DNA of 64,000 nt, from contig OX597831.1 in the NCBI GenBank assembly GCA_951406725.2, positions 25,296,001 to 25,360,000 on the forward strand, in the 5' to 3' direction. How positions within the stretch are numbered: the stretch's first letter is position 1; every line of letters starts with the position of its first letter. The DNA is from Octopus vulgaris (Eukaryota). Below the pieces are notes generated by a model. The model was not told the origin of the DNA. It did no database searches and saw only the letters and a list, made by a program, of their open reading frames with translations. The translations under genes and the position numbers were made by a program. This document shows positions 40,831 through 54,050 of the stretch, one piece after another.

Positions 40831-41454
40831 GTAACGTAAGGTAATGTGCTTAGGGATATTTGGCTCATGATTGTAAGGCCACAAGTTTGATACCCTGCAG
40901 TACACTGTGTCCTTAAGCAAGTATCATTATTTCATGTCACTCCATTTCACTTTGCTGGTAAAAATGAGTTGTACTTGTACTTCAAAGGGCTAGCTTTGTC
41001 ACATTCACTGTCATGTTGAATCTCTCTGGGGACTACATTAAGGGTATGCATGTCTGTGGAGTACTCAGCCACTTGCTCATTAATTTCATGATCAGGCTGT
41101 TTTGTTGATTAGATCAAGTGGAACATTTGTCATCATAACTGACAGAATACCATTTAAGGCAAAACTGATATGTGGTTTGAAGTAATATATAATTTACTAT
41201 ATGGGGATGTGTTCAAATCTTAGACATAAGGCAAGATAGCTATTGAGTTTAAGGATCTGAATAACTTGTACATGAATGTGTCCATGTTTTAGATATAAGA
41301 CAAAATATTTATGAACTTCAAAGTTGTACTACATGGATATGTCTTCAAATCTTACTACTTTAGATGAGCAGTTGTATGTCCAGTGTTGTTTAACTCCAGG
41401 TCTGACCAAATTGAGCAGACCAATGATCAAAGTTATACTAACTGTAATCATCCA

Positions 41455-41775
41455 GTCTTTGTAAGCCTAGTGAATATTCTATCGTTCTCTTTTGCTGAAC
41501 CACTAAACACACCAACATCGGTTGTCAAGCGATGTTGGGGGGGGGGGGGACAAATACATAAACATACACACCCACACACACACATACACACACACACACA
41601 TATATACATATATACGACGGGCTTCTTTCAGTTTCCGTCTACCAAATCCACTCACAAGGCTTTGGTTGGCCCGAGACTATAGTAGAAGACACTTGCCCAG
41701 TGACACGCAGTGGGACTGAACCTGGAACCATGTGGTTGGTAAGCAAGCTACGTACCACACAGCCACTCCTACGCC
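41455..41775 (-). mobile_element. SINE family A, partial (another partial copy at 42800-43000)
   Basis: Family A homology. Confidence 0.85.
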
Positions 41776-42575
41776 TTATATTGAGAGCATTTATCTTCCA
41801 GGAACTAGTAAAATCTAATTACTAGTACAGACACTAATAAGACACTCACTGATTATATGCACAATATAGCAGTTATCTAGTATAGAAATTGTTATAGTGT
41901 TTATCTCATCGTTCTTTAAGTCAATGAATTAGACAGACATCATCTTGCTTGCATCTACCGACTATGATAAACTGTATAAAGGCAGCAAGTACAGTAAAAC
42001 AGTAATTGCAGCAGAAATCAAAACTGTGTCACAATCCTGACCTGACTTCATAGAAGCTTACCCCAGCTTTAAACTGAATGCTTCCATTTCAATATGCTTC
42101 AGATCTGACATCAGTGAGTCATGCATTTAAGTCACCTTTACGCATCTTCTATATGAACTCTAGGCTTCTACCTTGTTGTGAGTACTTAAAAAGTTACCAG
42201 TTAGGCTTTTAGATCAATTGAATTAAAATTTATAGCAAAAAAACAAATGAATGAATAAAAAATAAAACCATACTGAGCAACTAATTTCTTACAGTATTTT
42301 TCTTCTATTCCTCTTTTTAATTACTTGTTACTTTGAATTAATTTCAAGTAATCAATGCAAGCTAATATACTCATATTTGTTTGATCCAGTACAGTGTCTT
42401 ATTTTGTAAGAAGCAACATTTCCAATAATTTTTAATTACTTTCAGTAACAGAAACCCATTTTGTGATGTTCTCTCAAAAGCACAGAACATAAGTTGGGGC
42501 TAACCTATATTTCATTCTGTCCATAACCATTAATTATAAATTGTATTTTCAATAATAATAATAATAATAATAAAC

Positions 42576-42633
<58 letters not shown>

Positions 42634-42799
42634 TAATAATAATAAAAACTGATATAAATAAAGCTTAAAAAAAATCATTGGCTTTTGAAGCGTAAGTGAA
42701 ACATTACACGCATGATCTTAAAAGATTTCTAAATACAATATTTAACTGACTGGATGGGAGTTCAATTCTTTTAGGGGATGTATATATATATAATCATAT

Positions 42800-42843
<44 letters not shown>

Positions 42844-44691
42844 GACAGGCTCCTTTCAATTTCCATCTACCAAATCCACTCACAAGGCTTTGGTTGGCTC
42901 GAGGGAATAGAAGATGCCCAAGGTGCCATGCAGTAGGACTGAACCCAGAACCATGTGGTTGGTAAGCAAGCTACTTACCACACACAGCCACTCCTGCACC
43001 TATTCTTTATTTACGCCACATAAAAAAATATCAATTTCTAATTTCAATATTGGAACTTACTTTCCAATATGTAATCAATGAGACCATTGCATGACAATAG
43101 GGTTGTACCTCTATTTTATCATTACTTACCATCAGAACCAATGCCAGAAAACATGGAGAGCAGGGAAAATAAGAAAATCTTTGTTGTGGTGTGACTAAGG
43201 GAACAATAGTTCCTAAAGCATTGCCAAATGGGTGAATAGAAAAACATTCTTTGTTGTTAGGGAGTCAGTGAGGATAAAATATAAATATGTTATTAAAATA
43301 CATAATTAAAATATTGAAAAATCTAGCTTTGGGAGTGGGGAGAAAATTAATTAAAAAGTACATAAAAGTACAATTAATCTTGATGTAGCTTGAGGCTAAT
43401 TTACAAAACTATCACATATTTTATTAAATTGACATCAGAGTACAGCTGTTTTATTGAGCTAACAAAGGACTTGCTATGGAGCCTTTAAACATGCTAGAAA
43501 TTGCAACCACAGTTTTCTCAATACCATATCATCTTTAAAGCAGGCTGGATATATTAGATAAAGAAGTCTCTTTTTTAGTCATTTAGTATCCGCAATGAAA
43601 ACAGAAATCATATTCAGTGCTGTTCAAAGACATTGAGCACACTGGGAAGCTGTCCAGGTCCTCACTGTTCTAGGGGCCCAATTCTGATTTATATACATTG
43701 TAGCTAGGTGTCAATAAATATATACTATAGGGCTCAGTGCACTGATTTGACTGTGGGTCTGTAGTAGTCTTAAGTCAGGCCTGCTCATACTCCTCCCCAG
43801 AGCTTACAATCCTACACACCACACAAATAAATTCCAAAGTATATCTTGGTGTGGCAGGACTGAATCAAACATCACAGATGTTACTTATTGACGTAACTCC
43901 CCAAAGTCTTACATTTTTGAAATATAATTGATGTAAGAGTGTGCAACATTCTATCACATGTGTGGTACAAGGTTCACAACCAATGAATATGTTCTATTGA
44001 AACACTGCTTTTCAGTGGTTTTCAACCCAAGCTAAAGAGCTCATTGCCAACCTTTGAGGTATAATTAACCATTGCTAAATGTCAAGCCAACATTTCAATG
44101 GATTTTCGTTTGCTGCCAGCCTCCCCCTGGCACCTGTGCCGGTGGCACATAAAAAGCACCCACTACACTCACAGAGTGGTTGGCGTTAGGAAGGGCATCC
44201 AGATGTAGAAACACTGCCAGATCAGACTGGAGCCTGGTGCAGCCTCCTGGCTTCCCAGACCCCGGTCGAACCAACCAACCCATGCTAGCATGGAAAACAG
44301 ACGTTAAACGATGATGATGATGATGATATATAACCCAAGCCAACTGAGTCTTGGAATTATGTTAAATAAGGTTGTCCTTTTATGAATTAATGACAGAGGT
44401 AACTTACCACTTTCCTCGAATGAAGTTCTTTCTATGCTCCTGAAAGACACCTGGGGTCTTTAATTATAGGTCTGCTTGATCAATGGTTGCCTAAACAACA
44501 ACAATAATAACATCAATGTTATCAACTCCTACAACTGATGAAAGGAAAATTCAACCACATTGGAATTTGAACCTAAAATGTAATGATGAAACAAAACCCT
44601 GTTTCTTATTCACTAGGGTATTTCGGCTGGTTTTTTTTTTACATCTACTCACTAACTTTAAACAGAAAATTAATTAAACAAGAAAGTTTCA

Positions 44692-45103
44692 ATGCAGGAG
44701 TGGCTGTGTGGTAAGTAGCTTGCTAACCAACCACATGGTTCCGGGTTCAGTCCCACTGCGTGGCATCTTGGGCAAGTGTCTTCTGCTATAGCCCCGGGCC
44801 GACCAACGCCTTGTGAGTGGATTTGGTAGACGGAAACTGAAAGAAGCCTGTCGTATATATGTATATATATATATGTGCGTGTGTGTGTGTGTCTGTGTTT
44901 GTCCCCCTAGCATTGCTTGACAACTGATGCTAGTGTGTTTATGTCCCCGTCACTTAGCGGTTCGGCAAAAGAGACCGATAGAATAAGTACTGGGCTTACA
45001 AAAGAATAAGTCCCGGGGTTGATTTGCTCGACTAAAGGCAGTGCTCCAGCATGGCCACAGTCAAATGACTGAAACAAGTAAAAGAGTAAAAGAGTAAAAG
45101 AGA
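44692..45103 (+). mobile_element. SINE family A, full length
   Basis: Colinear with family A, (gagtaaaa)n tail. Confidence 0.9.
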
Positions 45104-46176
45104 GTCAATTCAACTGCTAGAAGTTTTGCTTAAGAACACAATGCACTACCAAGTTTGGGAATTGAAATCAAGACCTCATGACTGTGAGTACGGCACCCAC
45201 ACCACTATGTATGTGCATACACACATGACCTGTAACTGCATTTTGTAATACATTTGCTATATAACCGCAGGGATCCCTGTGATAAATAAATGAAAGAATT
45301 ATCAAATTATCGGCAGTTGCATGTGCCTGGGAGTCCCTGAAGCATGAGCGCAGCATTATTGCTGATGTTGTTGTTCTGTGTCATCTTCCATGTTTTGTTG
45401 TTCTTCTTCTTTCTTCATTTTAAATCACAAGTAATTTCTCATAAAACATCATCAGCACTAATAACACCAACACCCCCAACAACAACAACAAAATAAAAAA
45501 CTAAAAACAAAATAATTGTAAAAGAAAAAAAACGTGATAATATAGAGAAAAAAAATATATTAAATTCATCAAAATAATGGTAAAAAGTAAATGCTGCTTC
45601 TGTTGCTGCTGTCATTACTACGATTCCCTGATTAATACATTCCTTAGAGAACACATGTCAACAGAATGAACTTGTAAAGTCCTCAAGCTCTGACAACATC
45701 ATTAGAAGCAGAAAAATAACCCAGCGAGCAGTTGCCAAGGGAACAATAATTCCTGTTGCAACAGCTTTAATGAAACCAACGAATAAACCAAACCAAACCA
45801 ATGAACCAACTAACGATAGGCAACTACTTTACATAAGGCAGAAAAACATGCAGTTTTATATATGCAAACGCACATATACATACGCATATACACCCAGGCA
45901 TGTAGACACGCATACGTGTAAAATCACAATTTTCTTTTTAAAATTGGTAAAAAAAAAAAGATTGAAAAAAATATAAAAAGTGGAAATATAACGGTAAGGA
46001 AGCTGGTCGATTATTTTTTAATTAGTTATCAGCGATATTAATATGATGCCTGAGCTGAATCTGCATCATGTGATCAGGTGAAAATGAATATTTAATTCAC
46101 TCGAAAATGTCTTTATTTATTCATAAATAAATTTGTTTCTTTTGCTGCATTCATCTTTGAAAACCTTACTTGGACT

Positions 46177-46735
46177 CATCATCATCATCATCATCATTTA
46201 ACGTCTGTTTTCCATCCTAGCATAGGTTGGACGGTTCGACCGGAGTCTGGGAAGCCAGGAGGCTGCACCAGGCTCCAGTCTGATCTGGCAGTGTTTCTAC
46301 AGCTGGATGCACTTCCTAACACCAACCACTCCGTGAGTGTAGTGGGTGCTTTTTACGTGCCACCGGCACAGGTGCCAGGGGAGGCTGGCAGCGGCCATGA
46401 TCGGTTGGTGCTTTTTACATGCGACCGGCACAGAAGCCTGTTAAGGCAGCGCTGGCATTTGCCACGTTTGGACGGTGCTTTTTATGTGTCACCGGCACGG
46501 GTATCTTAACTACAATTTCCATTTGATTTTTATTTTGATGTTGGTGTTGACGTACTTGACTCAATAGGTCTCCTCAAGAACAGCGGGTCATTCTACGAGC
46601 CAAGGTTAGCACAGCAGCCCATCCTGCGAGCCATGAACTCACTTCATTTGTTGGGTCTTCGCAGTCACAGCATATCTCAGAGGTCTCAGTCTTCATCATT
46701 TCCTCTGTGAGGCCCTACGTGCCACCGGCACGGGT
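46177..46735 (-). mobile_element. 5'-truncated RTE-type LINE (last codons + 3' UTR + (GAT)n tail)
   Basis: 24-bp TSD atctttgaaaaccttacttggact at 46153-46176 and 46736-46759. Minus-strand GLTEEM resembles an RTE C-terminus. Confidence 0.8.
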
Positions 46736-47427
46736 ATCTTTGAAAACCTTACTTGGACTGATTAGTATCAACTATTTTTTCCTCTAGTTGTAATTGTCTT
46801 CGTTGTTTAGCCCCTGGGTGGTCCTCCATCAATAGATCTATGATCAAAGTCATTCTGTGAGTGACCAACCCTACCTTGTATTCAAATATTTTGTGTCTAG
46901 AACTTTATCATGCAATGGATGCGTTCTTCCTTTTTAAAGCTTCAAATCAGTTATAGGCTACCTGTGGCCATTGGGCCTTCCTCAATGACATGCTCTTCTG
47001 TCGACGCCCCCAGACAATGATAGATATAGAGGGAGAAGTCTAGACATTGAGGAGTTGAGTAGAGGTCATCCAAATGTGCGATATAACAGTGGCGATGAGG
47101 ATTTCATAGCTCACACAGCCACTGTGTAGTACTGCGATATATAACACATGCCTAACAGAAAATTATCCTGAATTACTTTAGTAGTGTGACCTACTTGATA
47201 ACGAGCCATGTCTCATGTGGTCCACATCTTGAAAAAGGTTACCCTTGCCTGCTTTAGATTATAGCTTGAAAGGGTTTTCTGTTCTGCTCTGGTGGCTGTC
47301 ATCTCTATGTACATGAGCCAACAAAGGAACCTCTACTTAGTTGTCCAACTTGATAGAAATTGTAACCAAATATCCTTCAAATCGTTCTGTGTCTTCTTAT
47401 AACTACTTAATGAGATATACTATCATT

Positions 47428-47872
47428 TTTCTTTCTCCTTTACATGTTTCAGTCATTAGTTAGTGGCCATGCTGGGGCACTACCTTGAAGAATTTTAACC
47501 CACTGAATCGACGATAGTACTAATATTTTTAAGTACTGGTACTTATTTTATCAGACTCTTTTGTTGAACCATTTAATAATGTGGATGCAAACGAACCAAC
47601 ACAAGTTGTCAAGCAGTGGTAGGGGGCTAAACAGTGATACAAAGACACACATACACAAACACACCCACACACATGCATATACACACACACATACATACAC
47701 ATGTATATATATTTGTATGTAAATATATATATGTATATATATACACAATATGTGTGTGTATGTGTAGATATATGTATGTATGTATATATACATATATGTG
47801 TGTGTATATATATATATGTTTGTATGCGTGTGTGTATTTATTTTTTGTATGTATGTTTGTATGTATATACTT

Positions 47873-47922
<50 letters not shown>

Positions 47923-48097
47923 CACATACACACACACTCACACCATGGGCTTCTTCTAGTTTCTGTCAACCAAATCCACTCACAAGGCCTTTGGTCTGCC
48001 TGCAGCTATAGGAGAAGACACTTACCCAAGCTGTCAACAATGGGACTGAACCCAGAACCTTGTGGTTAGGGAGCAAACTTCATACCACACAGCCACA
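47428..48097 (-). mobile_element. Diverged SINE A with an expanded central microsatellite
   Basis: Family A homology at both ends. Confidence 0.75.
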
Positions 48098-48098
48098 A

Positions 48099-48311
48099 GG
48101 TGCTGAAAATTTCCTGGCTTTCGGTAAAAGAAAATACAGGTAGATTAATTAGCAACAATTTTATTCAGCATATTCCCCTCACAAATTCACACACTTAGAA
48201 CCATGGCCCTTGACTTCTTATAAGCCCTGTAAAAAAACTTTGTAGTTTGAACTTCCAAGCAGGCCTTTCATGACACCATTAAAGCCAGGAATTTGTCAGT
48301 ACCCCCTCATA
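48099..48311. mobile_element. Mariner-like MITE family M, near complete
   Basis: TIRs ggtgctgaaaatttcctggcttt / aaagccaggaatttgtcagtaccccctcata. Confidence 0.7.
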
Positions 48312-49008
48312 TATAATTTGATAATGAGACACACTTTCTCTGACATATAATTAAAAAAACCATGAATGTTATTACTGAAACACCTTTGATCATAACTTTG
48401 ATCAATCAGGTATGACCTGACCCCAAAAAAGCAACAACAACAAACTACATGTACATTACATGAGATTAATCATTGAGCAAATATTGTCTTCTTACTGCAA
48501 AGGTATTTCTAATTAGCTATTTAGTTCTCGCTACATTAATTATGCCAACACTAATTTAACCACATACACATTAGTTTTTCACTCCTTGGGGGTCCTTTGA
48601 CCATACATTTCACATTTGTTCTTTGTTATTTATTCCTGGGCATTATGTTGATGGTTTATTTATATGCTCTGCTCATTAAAGAACAGTGTTGCTCTTCCTT
48701 TTGGCATTCCACGTATCTTCTATCATGCAATTTTTAGTTCATTATACTATGTGGTTTGTGCCTGATTATTGTTTTGGGATGTTACACATGTTATAATTTA
48801 TCATTTGGCATTTTCTCAGCGCAAGATACTATTAGTAGCACATAAAATCATTTATTGCATCTATTATATATATATTACACACACACATATACACATATAC
48901 ACATATATAGAGATATATACATACATACATACATATATACATATATATATACACATATATATATAGATATATACATACATACATATATATACATACCTAT
49001 ATATATAC

Positions 49009-49074
<66 letters not shown>

Positions 49075-49089
49075 TCACTCTCTCTCTAT

Positions 49090-49229
49090 CCACTCAGTCG
49101 AAGTCGACTCTGGGTCACTCATTGGGTCAGTGTCCTCCAGTCAGTTCTATCCTGGGCCGCTTCCCTCAGATTGGCCATGTACATTCCGGTATCACTCCTG
49201 ATGGTGTCAAGCCAGTGGGTTCTTGGTCG
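49090..49229 (-). pseudogene. RTE-BovB-type LINE 3' end
   Basis: Minus-strand [15 protein letters not shown]...[24 protein letters not shown]. Confidence 0.75.
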
Positions 49230-49251
49230 CACACACACACACACACATATA

Positions 49252-49420
49252 TATTGTGCTGTCCAGAAAGTTTGTGCTGATTTTTACAGGAAAGAAAAAG
49301 GTCAAGAAATACTTGCCATTATATTTTTAATTAACCTAATATGAACCATTTCGTTGCACAATGTGTCTCCTTCTTTCCTTTAGCTTGATAACACCCTCTT
49401 CCCAGAATTGAGGTGGTTTG
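49252..49420 (-). pseudogene. Mariner 3' end fragment
   Basis: PQFWEEGVIKLKERRRHIVQRNGSY* followed by a TIR-like end at TA. Confidence 0.65.
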
Positions 49421-50194
49421 TTCAGAATTATACTAATGTGTCCTTCTAATTTAATTAAATTCAATGTCTTTGTGCAGCTGAAGATTGCTCTACATTTCAA
49501 ATTGATGTAAAAGAAATGATTGCATTGTTCAATTAAATGGAGTATCACGAAACGATTATACTGCATTATCTCTGGATATCCTTGTTGCTTATTTTGATTT
49601 TAATCACCTTATTTTGAAATTGTATGGAGACTGATAGAATAAGTACTAGGCTTACAGAGAATAAGTCCTGGCTTTGATTTGTTCAACTAAAGGCGGTGCT
49701 CCATCTTGGCTGCAGTCAAATGACCGTAACAAGTAAAAGAGTAAAAGAATATATGAAGGCCCCAAAATCATTTAAGTGCTTAGGGCCTCTATGGCTTATA
49801 ATCAAACCCTGATCTCAAAGGTGCCAGAAGACTAACTGCCATATGGGAGTTGATGATGATTAGATCTATAATGTAGTGAAATCCTTAAATCCTTAAAATC
49901 CTTTAAAATGTTTTAGCCTGAAAGCCGCGGCCATGCTGGGGCGAGGATTTAAATGTTCTTAAATCGATTTGCTCAACTAAAGGCGGTGCTCCAGCTTGGC
50001 CGTAGTCAAATGACTGAAACAAGTCAAAGAGTAAAAGAATATATGAAGGCTTCAAAATCATTTAAATGCTTAGGGCCTCTGTGGGTCTTAGTCTTACCCT
50101 GAGGTTAATTATTGCATTCACGTATTTTCTCTCTATTCTGTTTCCATTTCTCCTCATCTCTTGTCCCCCTTCATTCTTCCTTCTTCCTCTTTTC

Positions 50195-50246
<52 letters not shown>

Positions 50247-50311
50247 CTCTCATTCCTTTACTCGTCTTGTTTAGGTTTGTTTCTGTTTTCGTTATTTAAG
50301 TAACTTCCACA

Positions 50312-51054
50312 AACCTATTTCTTTACTACCCACAAGGGGCTACACACAGAGAGGACAAAGAAGTCGATTATATCGACCCCAGTGCGCAACTGGTACTTAA
50401 TTTATCGACCCCGAAAGGATGAAAGGCAAAGTCGACCTCGGTGGAATTTGAACTCAGAAAACAGTGGCAGACGAAATACATATTTCTTTACTACCCACAA
50501 GGGGCTAAACACAGAGGGGACAAACAAGGGGATTAAATTGATTATATCGATCCCCAGTGCATAACTGGTGCTTAATTTATCGACCCCGAAAGGATGAAAG
50601 GCAAAGTCGACCTCGGTGGAATTTGAACTCAGAAAACAGCGGCAGACGAAATACATATTTCTTTACTACCCACAAGGGGCTAAACACAGAGGGGACAAAC
50701 AAGGGGATTAAATTGATTATATCGATCCCCAGTGCATAACTGGTACTTAATTTATCGACCCCGAAAGGATGAAAGGCAAAGTCGACCTCGGTGGAATTTG
50801 AACTCAGAAAACAGCGGCAGACGAAATACATATTTCTTTACTACCCACAAGGGGCTAAACACAGAGGGGACAAACAAGGGGATTAAATTGATTATATCGA
50901 TCCCCAGTGCATAACTGGTGCTTAATTTATCGACCCCGAAAGGATGAAAGGCAAAGTCGACCTCGGCGGAATTTGAACTCAGAACGCAGCGGCAGACGAA
51001 ATACAGCTACGCATTTCACCCGGCGTGCTAACGTTTCTGCCAGCTCACCGCCTT
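50312..51054 (-). mobile_element. SINE B tetramer: one head + 4 x 175-bp body-tail units
   Basis: Period of 175 bp (track ORFs at 50382, 50557, 50732, 50907). TSD acttccaca at 50303-50311 and 51055-51063. Confidence 0.9.
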
Positions 51055-51365
51055 ACTTCCACATTAAACGCACACATGCACATGTACATATACAGACTGA
51101 CATGTAGACAACAAACACACACATATGCATGCACACACACACACACACATGACTATCTAACCCCATAAACCATGATTATCTTGTAAGGATGAATCTAGTT
51201 GATCACGACCCCACCCCCAGTATATCATACATTCAACATGCTACCACCCCTAGTTCTAAGGTCTACCCTACCACACTCATCTCTCTTTCTTCCACTACTC
51301 TTTGCCACACTCTCTACTTCACTGTTCCATTTTATCAGCAGACCAATTAGAAGGAAATAACTTAC

Positions 51366-51390
51366 TCCAGATATTCTACATCTATACCAT
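51366..51390 (-). CDS. Candidate 25-nt microexon (xGIDVEYLE), host gene unidentified
   Basis: cttcattttcttttaattggtcttgtgacAG|ATGGTATAGATGTAGAATATCTGGA|GTAAGT. Can end in phase 2, matching 32887-32911. Confidence 0.3.
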
Positions 51391-51624
51391 CTGTCACAAG
51401 ACCAATTAAAAGAAAATGAAGATAGATGACAAAATGGTTTTGATGACAGACCTAGTAGCTTCTCACACCTGACAGAATTTATTATCATCATCATCATCAT
51501 CATCAACAACAACATTATTATTATTATTATTATCATTATTATTATTATTCTTATTATTCTTATTATTCTTATTATTCTTCTTCTTCTTATTATTATTATT
51601 ATAATTATTATTGTTATTATTATT

Positions 51625-51862
51625 CAGTAGTTTTATTTTTATAGCGTGCTTTCACTTCACTACCGAGCGCAGCTCTGTGTGCCTTGGGTATGTGCTGTGA
51701 TTTGTTGTGATGCTCTGATGGTTATTGTATGGAAAGTGTTCTGCGTAGGATGTGTGCAGTGCCTAGTAGTGCAATTTTCTGTATGTTATATGTGTTTGTA
51801 AGTCCTGGTGTTTTTGTTATGTATTTGTCTGAATATTTTTTTATCATGCCTAATGCACCTAC

Positions 51863-51866
<4 letters not shown>
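51625..51866 (-). mobile_element. 3' end of a second R4/Dong-type RLE LINE family
   Basis: Minus-strand IVGALGMIKKYSDKYITKTPGLTNTYNIQKIALLGTAHILRRTLSIQ*, with a 3' UTR distinct from the neighbouring copy. Embedded in (TAA)n. Confidence 0.85.
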
Positions 51867-51926
<60 letters not shown>

Positions 51927-51928
51927 GT

Positions 51929-53554
51929 TACTTTTTTTTTCTTCTTTCAAATTTTCTTCCATTTCTTGCCGAGTGTCTTCCCAACTCCTAGGGCAAAGAA
52001 ACTCATAGTGTATATTGGTAGGCCATTAAACCAAACTCAGTAGTTCGTTCATTTTTAAAAAATTTTTTTTTTAAAGTTAAATTAAAATACATGAGCAGCA
52101 ACAGTTCTCACATCGACAATGCTCTTCTCAATACGTGTGATGTACCAGTTAAGACAATCTTTTGCACTTCTTGCAGGGATGGTAAGCCAGGGATCATTCT
52201 CATATAATTTTCGGTTCCCTTCTTGATCATTCCTAGTGCTCCTACGATCACTGGTATTGTAACCGCCTTGAGATGCCACATTTTCTCAATTTCAATGAGT
52301 AGGTCTTTATATTTTCTGAGCTTGTCAAACTCTTTCGCTGAGATATTATGATCACAGGGGATGCTCATGCCGATCAATAAGCAAACTTTATTGTTTTGGT
52401 CTTTCACAACAATATCTGGTTTATTGGCCTTGATTGTTCGGTCTGTATGTACTGGAAAGTCCCACAGAATGGTTACATTTTCTCCTTCAGTTACAGCCTC
52501 AGGGTGGTGATTATACCACTTGTCGGCAGTTTTGATATTGTAATGCCGACTTATTAGCCAGTGGAGATATTGGCCAACTCTGTCATGTCTTAATTTATAC
52601 TCCACTGGTGCTAAGACTTTACATCCAGAGATTAGGTGGTCCACTGTTTCAATCATGTCGTTGCAGAATCGGCATTTTGGGTCTGCTCCATTTTTCATCA
52701 CATTGGCCTGGTAGTTCCGGGTTAATAGGCTTTGGTCTTGAGCAGCCAGGATGAAACCTTCGCTCTCTACTTTTAGCCCTGAGCTCCGCAGCCACTGATG
52801 GGTTTGCTTCTGGTCAACATCAGCTTGTTTGCTGCGGGTCACATATTTGCCGTGCAGAGGTTTCTCCTCCCACCTATCAGCCAATTGCTCATGCGCTTTT
52901 TTCATTGCCATCATTTTCACCTTCTTTGCAACAATAGTTGCCGTACTTTCCTCGGGTTGTTCAGTTTGGATATCCTGCACGAGATCAATAGCAAATTTTT
53001 TGCTTTCCTTGATGATAGAATGAAGCTTCTTTCGTCTCTCGTGATTTTCCACGAGCTTTAGCATCCAGTCATTCGATATTTCGAGATATTTGGCCAGTCC
53101 AATTGTGGTTGTTTTGTAAGCTAGTTCAAATTGGATCAGGCCTCGACCTCCTTGGGCTCTGGGAAGGTAAAGGCGATCTACGTCTGCCTTTGGGTGGTGC
53201 ATCCTATTACAACTCAGCAGCTTGCGTATTTTCCTATCTATATTCTTTACTTCACTCATATTCCAGTTCAACACATTGTAGCTATAAGTAACAACTGGAA
53301 CTGCTAAGGAATTTATAGCTAAAACCTTGTTACGTGCATTTAGTTCAGATTTCAGGACTGCACGAACTCTCCTATAACATTCCTTCCTGATTTTCTCTTT
53401 CATGCTTGCATGCTGAATACCAGAGCCTTCATTTATCCCTAAATATTTGTATGTTTGTTCTTGCTCAAGCTCTCTTATGACTGTGTCAACATCTAACACG
53501 ACTGAATTTGTGGTCTTCACTTTCCCTTTCTGGAAAGTGGCCTTGGCACACTTG
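51929..53554 (-). mobile_element. 5'-truncated R4/Dong-type non-LTR retrotransposon
   Basis: Uninterrupted ORF (52108-53554) with RT thumb (KCA..., YKYLG), CCHC knuckle (CRFC...H...C), RHD and RLE motifs (KPDIVV, K..KY). 3' UTR ends in (TAA)n, the established Dong target. Confidence 0.93.
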
Positions 53555-53636
53555 TATACTATGAGTTTCTTTGCCCTAGGAGTCGGGAAGACACTCGGCA
53601 AGAAATGGAAGCAAATTTGAAAGAAGAAAAAAAAAA

Positions 53637-53669
<33 letters not shown>

Positions 53670-53711
53670 TTATTGTTGTTGATGATGATAATAATAATAA
53701 TAATAATAATA

Positions 53712-53746
<35 letters not shown>

Positions 53747-53873
53747 CATTATCATCATCAACAACAACAACATTATTATTATTATTATTACTTTTTTTTT
53801 CTTGTTTCAAATTTGCTTCCATTTCTTGCCGAGTGTCTTTCCGACTCCTAGGGCAAAGAAACTCATAGTATAC
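53555..53873. repeat. ~320-bp near-perfect palindrome of the Dong 3' UTR + flanking microsatellite
   Basis: gtatactatgag...(taa)n | (tta)n...ctcatagtatac, centred at ~53713. Confidence 0.9.
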
Positions 53874-53995
53874 ATTGGTAGGCCATTAAACCAAACTCAA
53901 TAGTTCGTTCATTATTTTTTTATTTTTTTAAGTTAAATTAAAATACATGAGCAGCAACAGTTCTCACATCGACAATGCTCTTCTCAATACGTGTG

Positions 53996-53997
<2 letters not shown>
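53790..53997 (-). mobile_element. Short 5'-truncated copy of the same Dong-type family
   Basis: Near-identical to 51929-52141, flanked by (ATT)n. Confidence 0.9.

Positions 53998-54050
<53 letters not shown>

Noticed and set aside
44408-44439. Minus-strand 32-nt exon candidate (EHRKNFIRGK), phase-compatible with 32911
   Set aside because: The pyrimidine tract is weak and the acceptor lies in a decayed dispersed repeat. Worth including in a junction search but not supportable alone.
50312-51054. CRISPR array or repeated small gene (60/84-aa ORFs)
   Set aside because: These are tandem SINE body-tail units with a TSD.
52108-53601. Intact cellular gene or autonomous retrotransposon
   Set aside because: It lacks the RT core and its start is supplied by an inverted UTR.
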